This document shows, piece after piece, positions 30,721-42,365 of a stretch of 64,000 bases of DNA. Position numbers and translations under genes: made by a program. The DNA comes from an uncultured Chloroflexia bacterium (lineage in GTDB: Bacteria > Chloroflexota > Limnocylindria > Limnocylindrales > CSP1-4): contig CAWEYL010000001.1 in NCBI GenBank assembly GCA_963813335.1, positions 288,001 to 352,000 on the forward strand. The letters are read 5' to 3'. The notes under the pieces were generated by a model that was given only the letters and a program-made list of their open reading frames with translations, had not been told where the DNA came from and ran no database searches. Every line of letters begins with the position of its first letter. The stretch's first letter is position 1.

Positions 30721-31031
30721 GCGTCCTGACCGCGCCGGAGATCATCCTGCGCCCCGTCATCAGCGAGAAGTCCATCGACGAGTCCGGCCGCGGCAAGTAC
30801 ACCTTCGCGGTGCACCACGACGCCAACAAGATCCAGATCAAGGCGGCGATCGAGGAGCTGTACAAGAAGGAGAAGGTGACGGTCGTCGCGGTCAACGTCC
30901 TGACCACGAAGGCCAAGGAGAAGCGGCGCGGCACGCGGCGCGGCCGGATCGTCGGCCACACCACGCCGTGGCGCAAGGCCATCGTCACGCTGGCCCCGGG
31001 CCAGAAGATCGAATTCTTCGAGGGGGTCTGA
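30717..31031 (+). CDS. rplW: 50S ribosomal protein L23
   Basis: PVISEKS, ANKIQIK, KAIVTL. Confidence 0.96.
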   Translation: MSVLTAPEIILRPVISEKSIDESGRGKYTFAVHHDANKIQIKAAIEELYKKEKVTVVAVNVLTTKAKEKRRGTRRGRIVGHTTPWRKAIVTLAPGQKIEFFEGV

Positions 31032-31033
31032 CG

Positions 31034-31861
31034 ATGCCGCTTCGCAGTTACAAGGCCACCTCGCCGGGGCTCCGGCAGATGACTCGCTCGACCTTCGAGG
31101 AGATCACCACCAAGGAGCCGCACAAGCCCCTGCTCGAGAAGCAGATCCGCGGGTCCGGGCGCAACAACGCCGGCCGCCTGACGGTCCGCCATCGCGGCGG
31201 CGGCGAGAAGCAGCACTACCGCATCATCGACTTCAAGCGCAACAAGATCGGCGTCCCCGCCCGGCTCGCGACCATCGAGTACGACCCCAACCGCTCGGCG
31301 CGGATCGGCCTGCTCCACTATCGCGACGGCGAGAAGCGCTACATGCTCCTGCCCCACGGCATGAAGGTGGGTGACGTCGTCGTCGCCGGACCGGATGCCG
31401 AGGCGCGGCTGGGCAACGCACTGCCGATCTCCAACATCCCGCTCGGCACGACCATCCACAACATCGAGCTGATCCCCGGCAAGGGCGGTCAGATCGTGCG
31501 CTCCGCCGGCACTTCGGCCCAGCTGCTCGCCAAGGAAGGCGAGTACGCCCAGGTCCGCCTGCCGTCGGGCGAGGTCCGCCGCGTCAGCATCCGCTGCATG
31601 GCCACCATCGGCCAGGTCAGCAACCTCGATCACGAGAACCAGAACCTCGGCAAGGCCGGCCGCGCCCGGCACCTCGGCCAGCGGCCCGAGGTCCGGGGCG
31701 TCGTCATGAATCCGCGCGACCATCCGCACGGCGGTGGTGAGGGCAAGTCCCCGACCGGGATGCCGCCCAAGACCCCGTGGGGCAAGCCCGCCATGGGCTA
31801 TCGCACCCGGCGGTCGAAGACGACCGGACGTCTCATCGTCCGGTCACGGCATCGCAAGTAG
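31034..31861 (+). CDS. rplB: 50S ribosomal protein L2
   Basis: [27 protein letters not shown]. Confidence 0.97.
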   Translation: MPLRSYKATSPGLRQMTRSTFEEITTKEPHKPLLEKQIRGSGRNNAGRLTVRHRGGGEKQHYRIIDFKRNKIGVPARLATIEYDPNRSARIGLLHYRDGEKRYMLLPHGMKVGDVVVAGPDAEARLGNALPISNIPLGTTIHNIELIPGKGGQIVRSAGTSAQLLAKEGEYAQVRLPSGEVRRVSIRCMATIGQVSNLDHENQNLGKAGRARHLGQRPEVRGVVMNPRDHPHGGGEGKSPTGMPPKTPWGKPAMGYRTRRSKTTGRLIVRSRHRK

Positions 31862-31878
31862 CGGGGAGGTAGGAGCCG

Positions 31879-32163
31879 ATGTCCCGTTCCATCAAGAAGG
31901 GCCCCTTCGTGGAGGCCCGACTCCTCGGCCGGATCGAGGAGATGAACAAGCGCAACGAGAAGAAGGTCGTCAAGACCTGGTCGCGCGCGTCGGTGATCTT
32001 CCCGACGTTCATCGGCCACACCATCGCCGTGTACAACGGCAAGAAGCACGTCCCGGTCTACGTGACCGAGAACATGGTCGGGCATCGCCTCGGTGAGTTC
32101 AGCCCCACCCGCAACTACCGCGGGCACGGCAAGCACACCGAGCGGTCGCTGGCGCTGAAGTAG
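31879..32163 (+). CDS. rpsS: 30S ribosomal protein S19
   Basis: [18 protein letters not shown]. Confidence 0.97.
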   Translation: MSRSIKKGPFVEARLLGRIEEMNKRNEKKVVKTWSRASVIFPTFIGHTIAVYNGKKHVPVYVTENMVGHRLGEFSPTRNYRGHGKHTERSLALK

Positions 32164-32177
32164 GGAGCGACCTGACC

Positions 32178-32516
32178 GTGCGTGTTTCCGCTACTGCCAA
32201 GTACCTTCGCGGCTCGACCCGCAAGGCCCGACTGGTCACGACCGCCATCAAGGGCAAGCCGGTCGAGGAGGCCGCGGCATTGCTCAGGTTCATGCCGCAG
32301 TACGCCGCCAAGGACGTCGCGCGCGTGCTCCACAGCGCGACCGCGAACGCCGAGAACAACCACAACCTGTCGGCCGAGGACCTGATCGTCCTCGATGCCG
32401 TCGCCGATGAGGGGCCGACGATCAAGCGCTTCCGCCCGCGGGCGCAGGGCCGCGCGTTCCCCATCCACAAGCCCATGACCCACATCACGATCGTCGTCGC
32501 GGACCAGGAGGCCTGA
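32178..32516 (+). CDS. rplV: 50S ribosomal protein L22
   Basis: ANAENNH, PRAQGRA. Confidence 0.96.
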   Translation: MRVSATAKYLRGSTRKARLVTTAIKGKPVEEAAALLRFMPQYAAKDVARVLHSATANAENNHNLSAEDLIVLDAVADEGPTIKRFRPRAQGRAFPIHKPMTHITIVVADQEA

Positions 32517-32517
32517 C

Positions 32518-33201
32518 ATGGGACACAAGGTCCATCCATACGGCTTCCGCCTGGGTGTCTCGCGCACCTGGACCGCGAAGTGGTACGCGGATGACAAGGA
32601 ATACACCACCTCCCTCAAGGAGGACATCCTCATCCGCCAGCTGATCGACCGCCGCCTGGCCAACGCCAGCGTGAGCGGCGTCGAGGTGGAGCGCGGCATC
32701 AACCACGTGACGGTCACGATCCACACCGCCAAGCCGGGCATCGTCATCGGCAAGGGCGGCGCGAACGTCGAGATCCTGCGCCAGCAGGTCGGCGCGCTGA
32801 CCGACCGCAAGGTCAAGCTGGAGATCAAGGAGATCCGCCAGCCCGAGCTCGACGCCTACCTGGTGGCCATGAACATCGCCGGCCAGCTGAGCCGCCGCAT
32901 CGCCTTCAAGAAGGCCATGAAGCAGGCCATCCAGCGCTCGATGAAGGCCGGCGCGAAGGGCGTCAAGATCGCTGTCGCCGGCCGCCTCGGCGGCTCGGAG
33001 ATGGGCCGTCGCGAGTGGGACAAGGAGGGGCGTATCCCCCTCGGGACGCTGCGCGCCGACATCAGCTACGGGCAGGTCCATGCCCACACGACCTACGGCC
33101 GCATCGGCGTCAAGGTCTGGATCTACCGCGGCGACATCGCCCCGGAGCGCGTCCCCGCGCGCGACCTGAACGTGCCGGCCGTCGCCGGGACGGGGGTCTG
33201 A
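32518..33201 (+). CDS. rpsC: 30S ribosomal protein S3
   Basis: [28 protein letters not shown]. Confidence 0.97.
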   Translation: MGHKVHPYGFRLGVSRTWTAKWYADDKEYTTSLKEDILIRQLIDRRLANASVSGVEVERGINHVTVTIHTAKPGIVIGKGGANVEILRQQVGALTDRKVKLEIKEIRQPELDAYLVAMNIAGQLSRRIAFKKAMKQAIQRSMKAGAKGVKIAVAGRLGGSEMGRREWDKEGRIPLGTLRADISYGQVHAHTTYGRIGVKVWIYRGDIAPERVPARDLNVPAVAGTGV

Positions 33202-33203
33202 CC

Positions 33204-33626
33204 ATGCTGATGCCGAAGCGGGTCAAGCACCGCAAGGTCATGCGCGGCCGGATGTCCGGCGTCGCCAAGGGCGGCCACAGCGTGGCCTTCGGCGAGTACG
33301 GCCTGGCCACCCAGGAACCGGCCTGGATCACGAGCCGCCAGATCGAGGCGGCCCGCCGCGCGATGACCCGCTCGGTCAAGCGCGGCGGCAAGATCTGGAT
33401 CCGGATCTTCCCGGACAAGCCCGCGACCAAGAAGCCGGCCGAGACCCGGATGGGCTCGGGCAAGGGCGCCCCCGACCATTGGGTCGCGGTCGTCAAGCCC
33501 GGGCGGATCCTGTTCGAGATGGCCGGCGTCGACCATGACTCGGCGATCGAGGCGATGCGCCTTGCCAGCCACAAGCTGCCCGTCGCCACGCGCGTGGTCG
33601 TCCGGGACGGGGCGAAGGAGGCGTGA
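33204..33626 (+). CDS. rplP: 50S ribosomal protein L16
   Basis: [20 protein letters not shown]. Confidence 0.97.
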   Translation: MLMPKRVKHRKVMRGRMSGVAKGGHSVAFGEYGLATQEPAWITSRQIEAARRAMTRSVKRGGKIWIRIFPDKPATKKPAETRMGSGKGAPDHWVAVVKPGRILFEMAGVDHDSAIEAMRLASHKLPVATRVVVRDGAKEA

Positions 33627-33628
33627 CG

Positions 33629-33829
33629 ATGGACATCGACAAGGTCCGCGCCCTCTCCGACGCGGAGCTCGAGACCGCGCTTCGCGACGCGAAGCAGGAC
33701 CTCTGGGGAGCGCGCTTCGCGCTCTCGACCAGGCAATTGAAGGACTTCAGCACGATCCCGCAGACGCGGCGAACGATCGCGCGGATCCTGACCGTCCAGC
33801 GCGAGCGCAAGCTCGGCAAGACGGCGTGA
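33629..33829 (+). CDS. rpmC: 50S ribosomal protein L29
   Basis: [10 protein letters not shown]; position; AAGGAGG RBS. Confidence 0.93.
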   Translation: MDIDKVRALSDAELETALRDAKQDLWGARFALSTRQLKDFSTIPQTRRTIARILTVQRERKLGKTA

Positions 33830-33842
33830 GGGAGATCACGCG

Positions 33843-34277
33843 ATGACAGGAGCAAGCACCCGAGTGGACGGCAAGCGGAAGACCAAGGTCGGACGCGTGG
33901 TCAGCGACAAGATGGACAAGACGATCGTCGTGTCCGTCGAGCGCCTCACGCGCCACCGGCTGTACAAGCGGGTCATCCGCTTGAGCACCAAGTTCAAGGC
34001 GCACGACGAGACCAACGACGCCAGGATCGGCGACACGGTCCTCATCGAGGAGTCGCGCCCGCTCTCGGCCACCAAGCGCTGGCGGCTCGTCAGCGTGGTC
34101 GCGCGCGCCGGTGACAGCGGCACGCCCATCGATCTCATCTCCGAGGAGACCGCGACCTCCGAGGCCATCCACTCGGCGGCCCATCCGGGCCGGGTCCGCG
34201 CCGAGGCCGAGGCGGCCGAGGCCGCTGCGGCCGACGCCGCCGGCAGCGATGCCGCGGCAGGGGAGCCCGCGTCGTGA
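33843..34277 (+). CDS. rpsQ: 30S ribosomal protein S17 with Ala/Glu-rich C-terminal extension
   Basis: [22 protein letters not shown]. Confidence 0.95.
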   Translation: MTGASTRVDGKRKTKVGRVVSDKMDKTIVVSVERLTRHRLYKRVIRLSTKFKAHDETNDARIGDTVLIEESRPLSATKRWRLVSVVARAGDSGTPIDLISEETATSEAIHSAAHPGRVRAEAEAAEAAAADAAGSDAAAGEPAS

Positions 34278-34642
34278 TCCAGTCGCAGACCCGCCTCAAG
34301 GTGGCTGACAACACCGGCGCCCGCACCATCCAGTGCATCCGGGTGATGGGCCGCTCGCTCAAGACCGAGGCCGGCGTCGGCGACGTCATCGTCGCCAGCG
34401 TCAAGCAGGCCATCCCGAACGCCGCCGTCAAGAAGGGCGACGTGGTCCGCGCCGTGGTGGTCCGCACCGCCAAGGAGTACGGCCGCCCGGACGGGAGCTA
34501 CATCCGCTTCGACGAGAACGCGGCGGTCCTCATCAACAACCAGGGCAATCCCCGCGGCACGCGCATCTTCGGCCCGGTCGCGCGCGAGCTGCGCGACCGC
34601 AACTACATGAAGATCGTGTCGCTCGCCCCGGAGGTGCTCTGA
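34274..34642 (+). CDS. rplN: 50S ribosomal protein L14
   Basis: [19 protein letters not shown]. Confidence 0.97.
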   Translation: MIQSQTRLKVADNTGARTIQCIRVMGRSLKTEAGVGDVIVASVKQAIPNAAVKKGDVVRAVVVRTAKEYGRPDGSYIRFDENAAVLINNQGNPRGTRIFGPVARELRDRNYMKIVSLAPEVL

Positions 34643-35070
34643 TGGCCACCTCCACCCGCGCCACCAAGGTGCCCGAGATCCGCAAGGGCGACACCGTCGT
34701 GATCCTCGCCGGCAAGGACGCCGGCAAGCGCGGCAAGGTCGACCGGATCATCCGGCGCGAGCCGGCCGGGCGGGCTCGCAGCATGTATCGGCGCGGCTCC
34801 ACGAAGGGCGGCGTCGGCGTCGTCGTCGAGGGGCTCAACATCGCCAAGCGGCATACCAAGCCGAGCCAGTCGACGAGCTCGAACGACCGGATGCCCAAGG
34901 TCCAGGCCGGCGGCATCATGGACATCGCCCAGCCCGTGCCGATCGGCCGGGTCATGGTCGTCTGCGGCAGCTGCCACAACCCCACCCGGATCAAGCACGC
35001 CGTGCTCGACACCGGCCGCCGCGTCCGCGTCTGCGGGCACTGCGGGGAGCAGCTGGAGGTCAAGTCGTGA
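34642..35070 (+). CDS. rplX: 50S ribosomal protein L24 (insertions, CxxC/CxxC)
   Basis: [29 protein letters not shown]. Confidence 0.95.
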   Translation: MATSTRATKVPEIRKGDTVVILAGKDAGKRGKVDRIIRREPAGRARSMYRRGSTKGGVGVVVEGLNIAKRHTKPSQSTSSNDRMPKVQAGGIMDIAQPVPIGRVMVVCGSCHNPTRIKHAVLDTGRRVRVCGHCGEQLEVKS

Positions 35071-35609
35071 CCAGCCGCCTCCAGGAGCGCTACAAGGCGG
35101 AAGTCGTCCCGGCGCTCCAGAAGCAGTTCGAGTACGCCAACCCCAACCAGGTGCCGGGCCTCGACAAGATCGTCGTCAACATCGGCCTCGGCGAGGCGCT
35201 GACCAACGCGAAGGCGCTCGACGCCGCCGTGGGCGACCTCGCGGCGATCACCGGCCAGAGGCCGATCGTGACCAAGGCCAAGCGCTCGATCGCCCAGTTC
35301 CGGGTCCGGACGGGCAACTCGATCGGCGCGAAGGTGACGCTCCGCGGCGAGCGGATGTGGGACTTCATGGACCGGCTGACCACGCTGGCCCTGCCGCGCA
35401 TCCGCGACTTCCGGGGCATCCCCGGCAAGTCGTTCGATGGGCGGGGCAACTACTCACTCGGTCTGCGCGAGCAGCTCGCGTTCCCCGAGATCGACTACGA
35501 CAAGGTGGACCGTCTCCGCGGGCTGGAGATCAGCATCGTGACGACGGCGAAGACCGACGAGGAGTCCAAGAAGCTTCTTGAACTCCTCGGCATGCCCTTC
35601 GCCTCGTAG
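35067..35609 (+). CDS. rplE: 50S ribosomal protein L5
   Basis: [23 protein letters not shown]. Confidence 0.97.
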   Translation: MTSRLQERYKAEVVPALQKQFEYANPNQVPGLDKIVVNIGLGEALTNAKALDAAVGDLAAITGQRPIVTKAKRSIAQFRVRTGNSIGAKVTLRGERMWDFMDRLTTLALPRIRDFRGIPGKSFDGRGNYSLGLREQLAFPEIDYDKVDRLRGLEISIVTTAKTDEESKKLLELLGMPFAS

Positions 35610-35627
35610 GCGCGGGGAGGGAGTCAC

Positions 35628-35813
35628 ATGGCCAAGAAATCGTTGATCGCCAAGGCGAAGCGCACCCCCAAGCACAAGGTCAGCGGCTACCACCGCTGCT
35701 TCGTGTGCGGTCGGCCGCGCGCCTTCATGCGCCGTTTCGCCCTGTGCCGCATCTGCTTCCGCGAGCGCGCGCTCCGCGGCGAGCTGCCGGGCGTCACCAA
35801 GTCGAGCTGGTAG
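35628..35813 (+). CDS. rpsN: 30S ribosomal protein S14 type Z
   Basis: 61 aa, [16 protein letters not shown]. Confidence 0.96.
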   Translation: MAKKSLIAKAKRTPKHKVSGYHRCFVCGRPRAFMRRFALCRICFRERALRGELPGVTKSSW

Positions 35814-35820
35814 GGAACCG

Positions 35821-36219
35821 ATGAACATCTCCGACCCGATCGCGGACATGCTCACTCGCGTCCGGAACGCCTCGCGCGCCCGGCACGCCGAGGTCGTGGT
35901 GCCCGCGTCCCGGACCAAGCGTGAGATCGCCCGCATCCTCAAGGCCGAAGGCTTCATCGCCGACGTGGCCGAGGAGCAGGACGGCAGCGCCGCGGTCCTC
36001 CGCCTGACGCTCAAGTACGTCGACGGCAAGGTCCCGGTCGTCTCGGGCCTCAAGCGCATCAGCAAGCCCGGCCTGCGGGTCTACGCCCGCAAGACGGACA
36101 TCCCGCGGGTGCTCGGCGGCCTGGGCATCGTCATCGTCAGCACGAGCCAGGGGATCATGACCGGCCAGCAGGCGCGTCAGGCGCAGCTGGGCGGCGAAGT
36201 CCTGGCCTTCGTCTGGTAG
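35821..36219 (+). CDS. rpsH: 30S ribosomal protein S8
   Basis: [20 protein letters not shown]. Confidence 0.97.
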   Translation: MNISDPIADMLTRVRNASRARHAEVVVPASRTKREIARILKAEGFIADVAEEQDGSAAVLRLTLKYVDGKVPVVSGLKRISKPGLRVYARKTDIPRVLGGLGIVIVSTSQGIMTGQQARQAQLGGEVLAFVW

Positions 36220-36226
36220 GCGACAG

Positions 36227-36778
36227 ATGTCACGTATCGGACGCCTGCCCATCGCCGTCCCAGCCTCGGTCGATGTGACCATCGAGGGCCGGAACGTCAC
36301 GGTCAAGGGCCCCAAGGGGACCCTCAGCCGGTCGCTCCACCCGGACATGACCATCACCCGGGAGGAGGCCACCGTCGTGGTCACCCGCCCGACCGAGCAG
36401 AAGACCCACAAGCAGCTCCACGGCCTCACGCGGACCCTCATCAACAACATGGTGATCGGGGTCAGCGACGGCTATCGGAAGGGCCTCGAGATCACCGGCG
36501 TCGGCTATCGCGCCGCGCTCAACGGGCGGAAGCTCCAGCTGAACCTGGGCTACAGCCACCCGATCGAGATCGACCCGCCCGAGGGCATCAGCTTCGAGGT
36601 CGAGACCCCGACCCGCCTCGCGGTGGTCGGCATCGACAAGGAGCTCGTCGGCCAGATCGCCGCGACCGTCCGCGCCACGCGCAAGCCCGAGCCATACAAG
36701 GGCAAGGGTGTCCGCTACGCGGGCGAGCAGGTCCGCCGCAAGGCCGGCAAGGCCGGCAAGATCGGCGGCAAGAAGTGA
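36227..36778 (+). CDS. rplF: 50S ribosomal protein L6
   Basis: [14 protein letters not shown]. Confidence 0.97.
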   Translation: MSRIGRLPIAVPASVDVTIEGRNVTVKGPKGTLSRSLHPDMTITREEATVVVTRPTEQKTHKQLHGLTRTLINNMVIGVSDGYRKGLEITGVGYRAALNGRKLQLNLGYSHPIEIDPPEGISFEVETPTRLAVVGIDKELVGQIAATVRATRKPEPYKGKGVRYAGEQVRRKAGKAGKIGGKK

Positions 36779-36806
36779 TGACACCGACCCGGAAGGAACG
36801 AACGCG

Positions 36807-37169
36807 ATGACGCAGGTCGCCAGCCGCGGCGCCGCGCGACGCAAGCGCCACGACCGCATCCGCCTCCACCTGGCGGGGACCGACTCGCGGCCGCGCCTCG
36901 CGGTCTTCCGCAGCATCAACCACATCTACGCGCAGGTCATCGACGACTCGTCGGGCCGAACGCTGGCTGCCGCCTCGACCGTCGAGAAGGAGCTTCGTGG
37001 CTCCAAGGAGACGAAGTCGAAGGAGGCCGCCGAAGTCGGCAAGCTCATCGCCCAGCGGGCCAAGGCCGCCGGGGTCGAGCGGGTCGTGTTCGATCGAGCC
37101 GGGTTCCGGTACCACGGGCGGATCAAGTCGCTCGCCGATGCCGCCCGCGAAGCCGGCCTCGAGTTCTGA
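36807..37169 (+). CDS. rplR: 50S ribosomal protein L18
   Basis: [20 protein letters not shown]. Confidence 0.96.
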   Translation: MTQVASRGAARRKRHDRIRLHLAGTDSRPRLAVFRSINHIYAQVIDDSSGRTLAAASTVEKELRGSKETKSKEAAEVGKLIAQRAKAAGVERVVFDRAGFRYHGRIKSLADAAREAGLEF

Positions 37170-37183
37170 TCGGAAGGAGCCCC

Positions 37184-37714
37184 GTGGCACGCATCGACCC
37201 ATCCAAGCTCGCGCTCGAGGAGCGCGTGGTCCAGATCAATCGAGTCGCCAAGGTCGTCAAGGGCGGCCGGCGGTTCAGCTTCAGCGCGGTCGTCGTCGTC
37301 GGCGACGGCGCGGGCCACGTCGGTGCCGGGCTCGGCAAGGCCGGCGAGGTCCCCGAGGCGATCCGCAAGGGCGTCGAGGACGCGAAGAAGAACCTGATCC
37401 GCATCCCGATGGTGGGGACCACCATCCCCCACGAGATCCGGGTCGAGTTCGGCGCGAGCCGGGTGATGCTCAAGCCGGCCTCGCAGGGCACCGGCGTCAT
37501 CGCCGGCGGGTCCGTGCGCGCCGTGCTGGAGGCCGCGGGCGTCCGCGACATCCTGTCCAAGACGTACGGCTCCACCAACCCGGTCAACGTGACCCGCGCG
37601 ACCATCGAGGCCCTCCGCTCGCTGCACTCGGCCGAGGAGCTGAGCGCCCGCCGCGGCGTCCGCCTGTACAGCCGGATCTCCGGCCAGCCGGCCGTGACCC
37701 CGGAGGCGCGCTGA
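37184..37714 (+). CDS. rpsE: 30S ribosomal protein S5
   Basis: [22 protein letters not shown]. Confidence 0.97.
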   Translation: MARIDPSKLALEERVVQINRVAKVVKGGRRFSFSAVVVVGDGAGHVGAGLGKAGEVPEAIRKGVEDAKKNLIRIPMVGTTIPHEIRVEFGASRVMLKPASQGTGVIAGGSVRAVLEAAGVRDILSKTYGSTNPVNVTRATIEALRSLHSAEELSARRGVRLYSRISGQPAVTPEAR

Positions 37715-37923
37715 TGACGGCCAAGCTCAAGGTCACCCAGGTCAAGAGTGAGATCAGCCACATCGCGCGGAACCGGGCGACCATCCGCGCGCTCGGGCTG
37801 CACGGCATCGGCAGCACCAGCGTGATCTCCGACAACGCGGCGACCCGCGGCATGGTCCGCCAGGTCCGCTTCCTCGTCACCGTCGAGGAAGTGACCGTGG
37901 CCGACGCCCAGGAGAAGGCATGA
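37714..37923 (+). CDS. rpmD: 50S ribosomal protein L30
   Basis: [20 protein letters not shown]. Confidence 0.94.
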   Translation: MTAKLKVTQVKSEISHIARNRATIRALGLHGIGSTSVISDNAATRGMVRQVRFLVTVEEVTVADAQEKA

Positions 37924-38732
37924 AGCTCCACGACCTCCGGCCGCCGGAGGGTTCCCACAAGGCGCGCATCCGCGTCGGGCGCGGCATCGCGGCCGGCAAG
38001 GGCAAGACCGCGGGCCGCGGCACGAAGGGGCAGAAGGCCCGCGCCGGCGGCTCCATCCCGCCCTGGTTCGAAGGCGGCCAGACGCCGCTCCACATGCGCA
38101 TCCCCAAGCTGCGCGGCTTCAAGAACCGCTTCAAGATCGAGTACGAGGTCGTGAACGTCGGCGCCATCGGCGCGCTCGCGGAGCGCGGCGCGTTCGAGGT
38201 CGAGGCGCCCAAGGGCGCCAAGGGCAAGGCCGGCACCGCCGGGCCGATCACGATCAACCAGGACATCCTGCGGGCGGTGGGCCTCGTGCGCACCCTGGAC
38301 AAGCCGATGAAGATCCTCGGCGCCGGCGACCTGGCCACCCCGCTGTTCGTCGTCGCCGACGCGTTCACGGCCTCGGCGCGGACCAAGATCGAGGCGGCCG
38401 GCGGGACGGTGAACGTCCTCGAAGTCCCGACGACGGCGATGCCGGCGCTCGGCCGCGAGCCGAAGACCGACAAGGCCGAGGCGCCGGCGGCGAAGGCCGA
38501 CACGGCCGAAGCACCTACGGCCGAGACGGCCGACGAGCCCGAGGCGACGGCCAAGACGGCCGAAGTACCCGGGGCCGATGCCGAGCCCGAGGCCGCCAAG
38601 CCAGCGAAGGCCAAGTCGCGAGCGAAGGCCGCCAAGGCCGACGCGGGCGAGACGGCTGACGACGCGCCGGCGGCGCCGACCGACACCGAGGCCGCAGCCG
38701 ACGACGCCGAGACCCCCGCGGGCGACGCCTGA
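37920..38732 (+). CDS. rplO: 50S ribosomal protein L15 with ~100-aa low-complexity C-terminal tail
   Basis: [25 protein letters not shown]. Confidence 0.95.
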   Translation: MKLHDLRPPEGSHKARIRVGRGIAAGKGKTAGRGTKGQKARAGGSIPPWFEGGQTPLHMRIPKLRGFKNRFKIEYEVVNVGAIGALAERGAFEVEAPKGAKGKAGTAGPITINQDILRAVGLVRTLDKPMKILGAGDLATPLFVVADAFTASARTKIEAAGGTVNVLEVPTTAMPALGREPKTDKAEAPAAKADTAEAPTAETADEPEATAKTAEVPGADAEPEAAKPAKAKSRAKAAKADAGETADDAPAAPTDTEAAADDAETPAGDA

Positions 38733-38735
38733 CCC

Positions 38736-40016
38736 GTGTTCGAATCCCTGCTGAACGCCTTCCGGGCGCCGGATATCCGGCGGCGGATCCTGTACGTCCT
38801 CGGACTGCTGATCGTCTTCCGCCTGCTCGCGGCCGTGCCGGTCCCGGGCATCGACAAGGCGAAGCTCGTGCAGTTCGTGGACGAGAACCCGCTCTTCGGG
38901 CTGCTCGATCTCTTCTCGGGCGGCGGACTCGCGACCTTCTCGGTCGTGGCCCTGGGGATGAACCCCTACATCAACTCGTCGATCATCATGCAGCTGATGC
39001 AGGGCGTCGTCCCGTCGCTGCAGGCGCTCAGCCGCGAGGGTGAGTTCGGCCGCAACAAGCTCAACCAGTACACCCGCTACCTGTCGGTCCCGATGGCGAT
39101 GCTGCAGGCCTACGGGTTCCTGGCGCTCCTCAACTCGCGCGGCGTCCTGACCGGCGGGTTCGACCTCGCCAGCTTCACGACGCTCACCCAGATCGCCACC
39201 CTCACGGCCGGGGCCGTCGCGCTGATGTGGATCGGCGAGCTGATCACGGAGCGGGGGATCGGCAACGGCATCAGCTTCATCATCTTCGCCGGCATCGTCA
39301 GCCGGGCGCCATCGGCGATCAACGGGTTCCTCGCGAACCCCAATCTCGCCACCTTCGCGCTGTTCGGCGTCCTGGCCATCGCCGCGGTCACGGTGATCAT
39401 CTACATCCAGGAAGGCCAGCGGCGCATCCCGATCCAGTACGCCAGCCGCGTCCGCGGCCGGCGGATGTACCAGGGCGGCCAGACGTTCCTGCCCCTGCGC
39501 GTCAACCAGGCCGGCGTCATCCCGATCATCTTCGCGGTGAGCATCCTGCTCTTCCCGCAGCAGCTGGCGTCGTACTTCACCAGCTCCGAGATCCCGATCG
39601 TGAAGGACATCGCGACCTGGATCGTGAACTTCTTCAACCCCCGCTCGCCCGTCTACATCCTGATGTACTTCCTGCTGACGATGGGCTTCACGTACTTCTA
39701 CACGGCATTCACGTTCAAGCCGGACGAGACGGCCGAGCAGCTGCGCAAGAACGGTGGCTTCATCCCGGGCATCCGGCCGGGCCGGCCGACCCAGGACTAC
39801 CTGTCCCGCGTAGTCACCCGGATCACCTTCGCCGGCGCGCTGTTCCTGGCCATCGTCGCGGTCTCGCCGTCGGTGCTCGCCCTGGCCCTGCCCGACCTCG
39901 CTACCCTTGGACTCGGCGGCACGAGCCTGCTCATCGTGGTGTCCGTCGTCGTCGAGACGATGAAGCAGATCGAGGCGCAGCTGATGATGCGCAACTACGA
40001 AGGGTTCATCCGATGA
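38736..40016 (+). CDS. secY: Preprotein translocase SecY
   Basis: GIGNGIS, GVIPIIFA, IPGIRPG, GGTSLLIVV. Confidence 0.98.
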   Translation: MFESLLNAFRAPDIRRRILYVLGLLIVFRLLAAVPVPGIDKAKLVQFVDENPLFGLLDLFSGGGLATFSVVALGMNPYINSSIIMQLMQGVVPSLQALSREGEFGRNKLNQYTRYLSVPMAMLQAYGFLALLNSRGVLTGGFDLASFTTLTQIATLTAGAVALMWIGELITERGIGNGISFIIFAGIVSRAPSAINGFLANPNLATFALFGVLAIAAVTVIIYIQEGQRRIPIQYASRVRGRRMYQGGQTFLPLRVNQAGVIPIIFAVSILLFPQQLASYFTSSEIPIVKDIATWIVNFFNPRSPVYILMYFLLTMGFTYFYTAFTFKPDETAEQLRKNGGFIPGIRPGRPTQDYLSRVVTRITFAGALFLAIVAVSPSVLALALPDLATLGLGGTSLLIVVSVVVETMKQIEAQLMMRNYEGFIR

Positions 40017-40074
40017 CCGCGCGGGCCATGGCGCGCTCCCCGCGCGCTGCCGACGGGGCCCGTCGCCCTCGGCC

Positions 40075-40740
40075 ATGATGGTCGTCGTGCTTCTGGGTGC
40101 TCCGGGTGCCGGCAAGGGCACCCAGGCCCCGGCCGTGGCCGCGCATCTCGGCGCTCCGATCCTGGCATCGGGCGATCTGCTCCGCACGGCCGTCGCCGCG
40201 GGTACGGCGCTGGGCCGCGAGGCCGACCGCTACATGAGTCGCGGCCAGCTGGTGCCGGACGAGACGATCGTGCGCGTCTTCCTCGACCGCCTGCACGCGC
40301 CCGATGCGCTCAACGGGGCGATCCTCGATGGCTTCCCGCGGACGACCGTCCAGGCCGAGGCCCTCGACGACGCCCTCGAGGCCGAGGGCCGCAAGGTCGA
40401 CCGCGCCCTGTACATCGACGTCCCGCTCGAGGACCTCGTCCGCCGGATGGCGGACCGCCGGATCTGCGTCGCGAACGGGCACGTCTACAACCTCGCCTCG
40501 AACCCGCCCCGCGTCGACGGCGTCTGCGACATCGACGGATCTGCCCTCCGGCAGCGGGCCGACGACGCCGAGGCGACGGTCCGGGCCCGCATGGACCAGC
40601 AGGTCCCGCCGCTGCTCGAGGTCGTCGAGCACTACCGCCGCCGCGGCGTCCTCGCGACGGCCGATGGCCGGCACGGCATCGCCGGCGTGACGGCCGAGCT
40701 GCTCGCATCGCTCGACGGTCCGGCCCCGGACCAGGGCTGA
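40075..40740 (+). CDS. adk: Adenylate kinase
   Basis: GAPGAGKGT, GQLVPD, LDGFPR, LID domain. Confidence 0.96.
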   Translation: MMVVVLLGAPGAGKGTQAPAVAAHLGAPILASGDLLRTAVAAGTALGREADRYMSRGQLVPDETIVRVFLDRLHAPDALNGAILDGFPRTTVQAEALDDALEAEGRKVDRALYIDVPLEDLVRRMADRRICVANGHVYNLASNPPRVDGVCDIDGSALRQRADDAEATVRARMDQQVPPLLEVVEHYRRRGVLATADGRHGIAGVTAELLASLDGPAPDQG

Positions 40741-40743
40741 CCG

Positions 40744-41508
40744 GTGGTCACCCGCAAGTCCCGCGCCGAGATCGACCGCATGCGCCGCGCCGGACGCGTC
40801 GTCGGCGAGGTCCTCGACCTCATCGAGGCGGAGATCCGGCCGGGCGTGACCACCGCCGACCTGGACCGCATCGCCGAGGCCCACATCGCCCGCTCGGGAG
40901 CCATCCCGTCGTTCAAGGGCTATCCGGGGATCAATCCGCGCCGGCCGTTCCCGGCCACGGTCTGCATCTCGATCGACGACGAGATCGTCCATGGCATCCC
41001 GGGTGAGCGCACGCTGCGCGAGGGCCAGATCGTGTCGGTCGACGCCGGCGCCATCGTCGACGGCTGGCATGGCGACGCCGCCCGCACGTTCTTCGTCGGC
41101 GAGCCGCCGGCGGCGGTGGCCGAGCTCATCGACACGACGCGCGCGGCCATGATGGCCGGCATCGCAGCGGCGGTCCCCGGCAACCACATCGAGGACATCT
41201 CGGCCGCCGTCGAGGACGTTGCACTGCCGAAGGGCTACGGCATCATCCGCCAGTTCGTCGGCCACGGGATCGGCACCGAGATGCACGAGGACCCGCAGGT
41301 CCCGAACTTCCGCACCGGGCGACCGGGGCGCAAGCTCGAGGTCGGCCTGTGCCTCGCGATCGAGCCGATGTTCACGCTCGGTCGCCACGAGGCCCACGTC
41401 CTCGACGACGACTGGACCGTCGCCACGCGCGACGGCTCGCTCGCCGCGCACTTCGAGCACTCCATCGCCATCACGGACGACGGTCCGCAGATCCTGACCG
41501 TGGCATGA
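40744..41508 (+). CDS. map: Methionine aminopeptidase type I
   Basis: VHGIP, DAARTF, GHGIG..HEDP, AIEPM, HFEH. Confidence 0.97.
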   Translation: MVTRKSRAEIDRMRRAGRVVGEVLDLIEAEIRPGVTTADLDRIAEAHIARSGAIPSFKGYPGINPRRPFPATVCISIDDEIVHGIPGERTLREGQIVSVDAGAIVDGWHGDAARTFFVGEPPAAVAELIDTTRAAMMAGIAAAVPGNHIEDISAAVEDVALPKGYGIIRQFVGHGIGTEMHEDPQVPNFRTGRPGRKLEVGLCLAIEPMFTLGRHEAHVLDDDWTVATRDGSLAAHFEHSIAITDDGPQILTVA

Positions 41509-41516
41509 CCGGCCGG

Positions 41517-41545
41517 TTGCCGGCTCGCGCCATGTTTGATACGCT
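41517..41545 (+). promoter_or_regulatory. Putative promoter for infA and the alpha operon
   Basis: TTGCCG-N17-TACGCT with extended TG. Confidence 0.55.
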
Positions 41546-41608
41546 ACGCGTTCGTGTGTCGGCCCGACCGGGCCGACACTGCGCGTGAGAAAGGGAAGCA
41601 CGTAGCCT

Positions 41609-41827
41609 GTGGCCAAGAAAGATGCGATCGAAGTGGAAGGAACGGTCATCGAGCCGCTCCCGAACACGATGTTCGCCATCGAATTGGAGAATGGCCACCG
41701 GGTGCTCGCCCACATCAGCGGCAAGCTGCGGATGAACTTCATCCGGATCCTGCCCGGTGATCGCGTCCGTGTCGAGTTGTCACCGTACGACCTGACGCGC
41801 GGCCGCATCACCTACCGCCTCAAGTAA
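41609..41827 (+). CDS. infA: Translation initiation factor IF-1
   Basis: [21 protein letters not shown]. Confidence 0.97.
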   Translation: MAKKDAIEVEGTVIEPLPNTMFAIELENGHRVLAHISGKLRMNFIRILPGDRVRVELSPYDLTRGRITYRLK

Positions 41828-41859
41828 GCCACCACCGACACCACGAGTCCGAGGATCCG

Positions 41860-41973
41860 TTGAAAGTCCGAGCCTCCGTCAAGGCGCGCTGCGACAACTG
41901 CAAGGTCATCCGTCGCCACGGCACCGTGATGGTCATCTGCAGCAATCCCAAGCACAAGCAGCGGCAGGGGTAA
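41860..41973 (+). CDS. rpmJ: 50S ribosomal protein L36 (TTG start; missing from the ORF track)
   Basis: Manual translation [37 protein letters not shown]. Confidence 0.96.
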   Translation: MKVRASVKARCDNCKVIRRHGTVMVICSNPKHKQRQG

Positions 41974-41976
41974 CCG

Positions 41977-42348
41977 ATGGCACGCATCGCCGGCGTCGAC
42001 ATCCCACGCGAGAAGCGTGTTGAGGTCGCACTCACCTACGTCTTCGGGATCGGCCTGCCGACCAGCCAGAAGATCCTGGCCCAGACGAACATCAACCCGG
42101 ACACCCGCGTGCGGGACCTCACCGAGGAGCAGGTCAACCGGCTCCGCGAGCTGATCGACCGTCGCTACAAGGTGGAGGGCGATCTCCGTCGCGAGGTGGC
42201 GCTCAACATCAAGCGCCTGACCGAGATCGGGTCGTACCGCGGCCTGCGCCATCGGCGCAACCTGCCGGTCCGTGGCCAGCGCACCAAGACGAACGCTCGC
42301 CAGCGTCGCGGTCCCAAGAAGACCGTCGGCGTCCGGCGCAAGAAGTGA
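41977..42348 (+). CDS. rpsM: 30S ribosomal protein S13
   Basis: [21 protein letters not shown]. Confidence 0.97.
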   Translation: MARIAGVDIPREKRVEVALTYVFGIGLPTSQKILAQTNINPDTRVRDLTEEQVNRLRELIDRRYKVEGDLRREVALNIKRLTEIGSYRGLRHRRNLPVRGQRTKTNARQRRGPKKTVGVRRKK

Positions 42349-42365
42349 CGAGGGGCTGACCAGGC

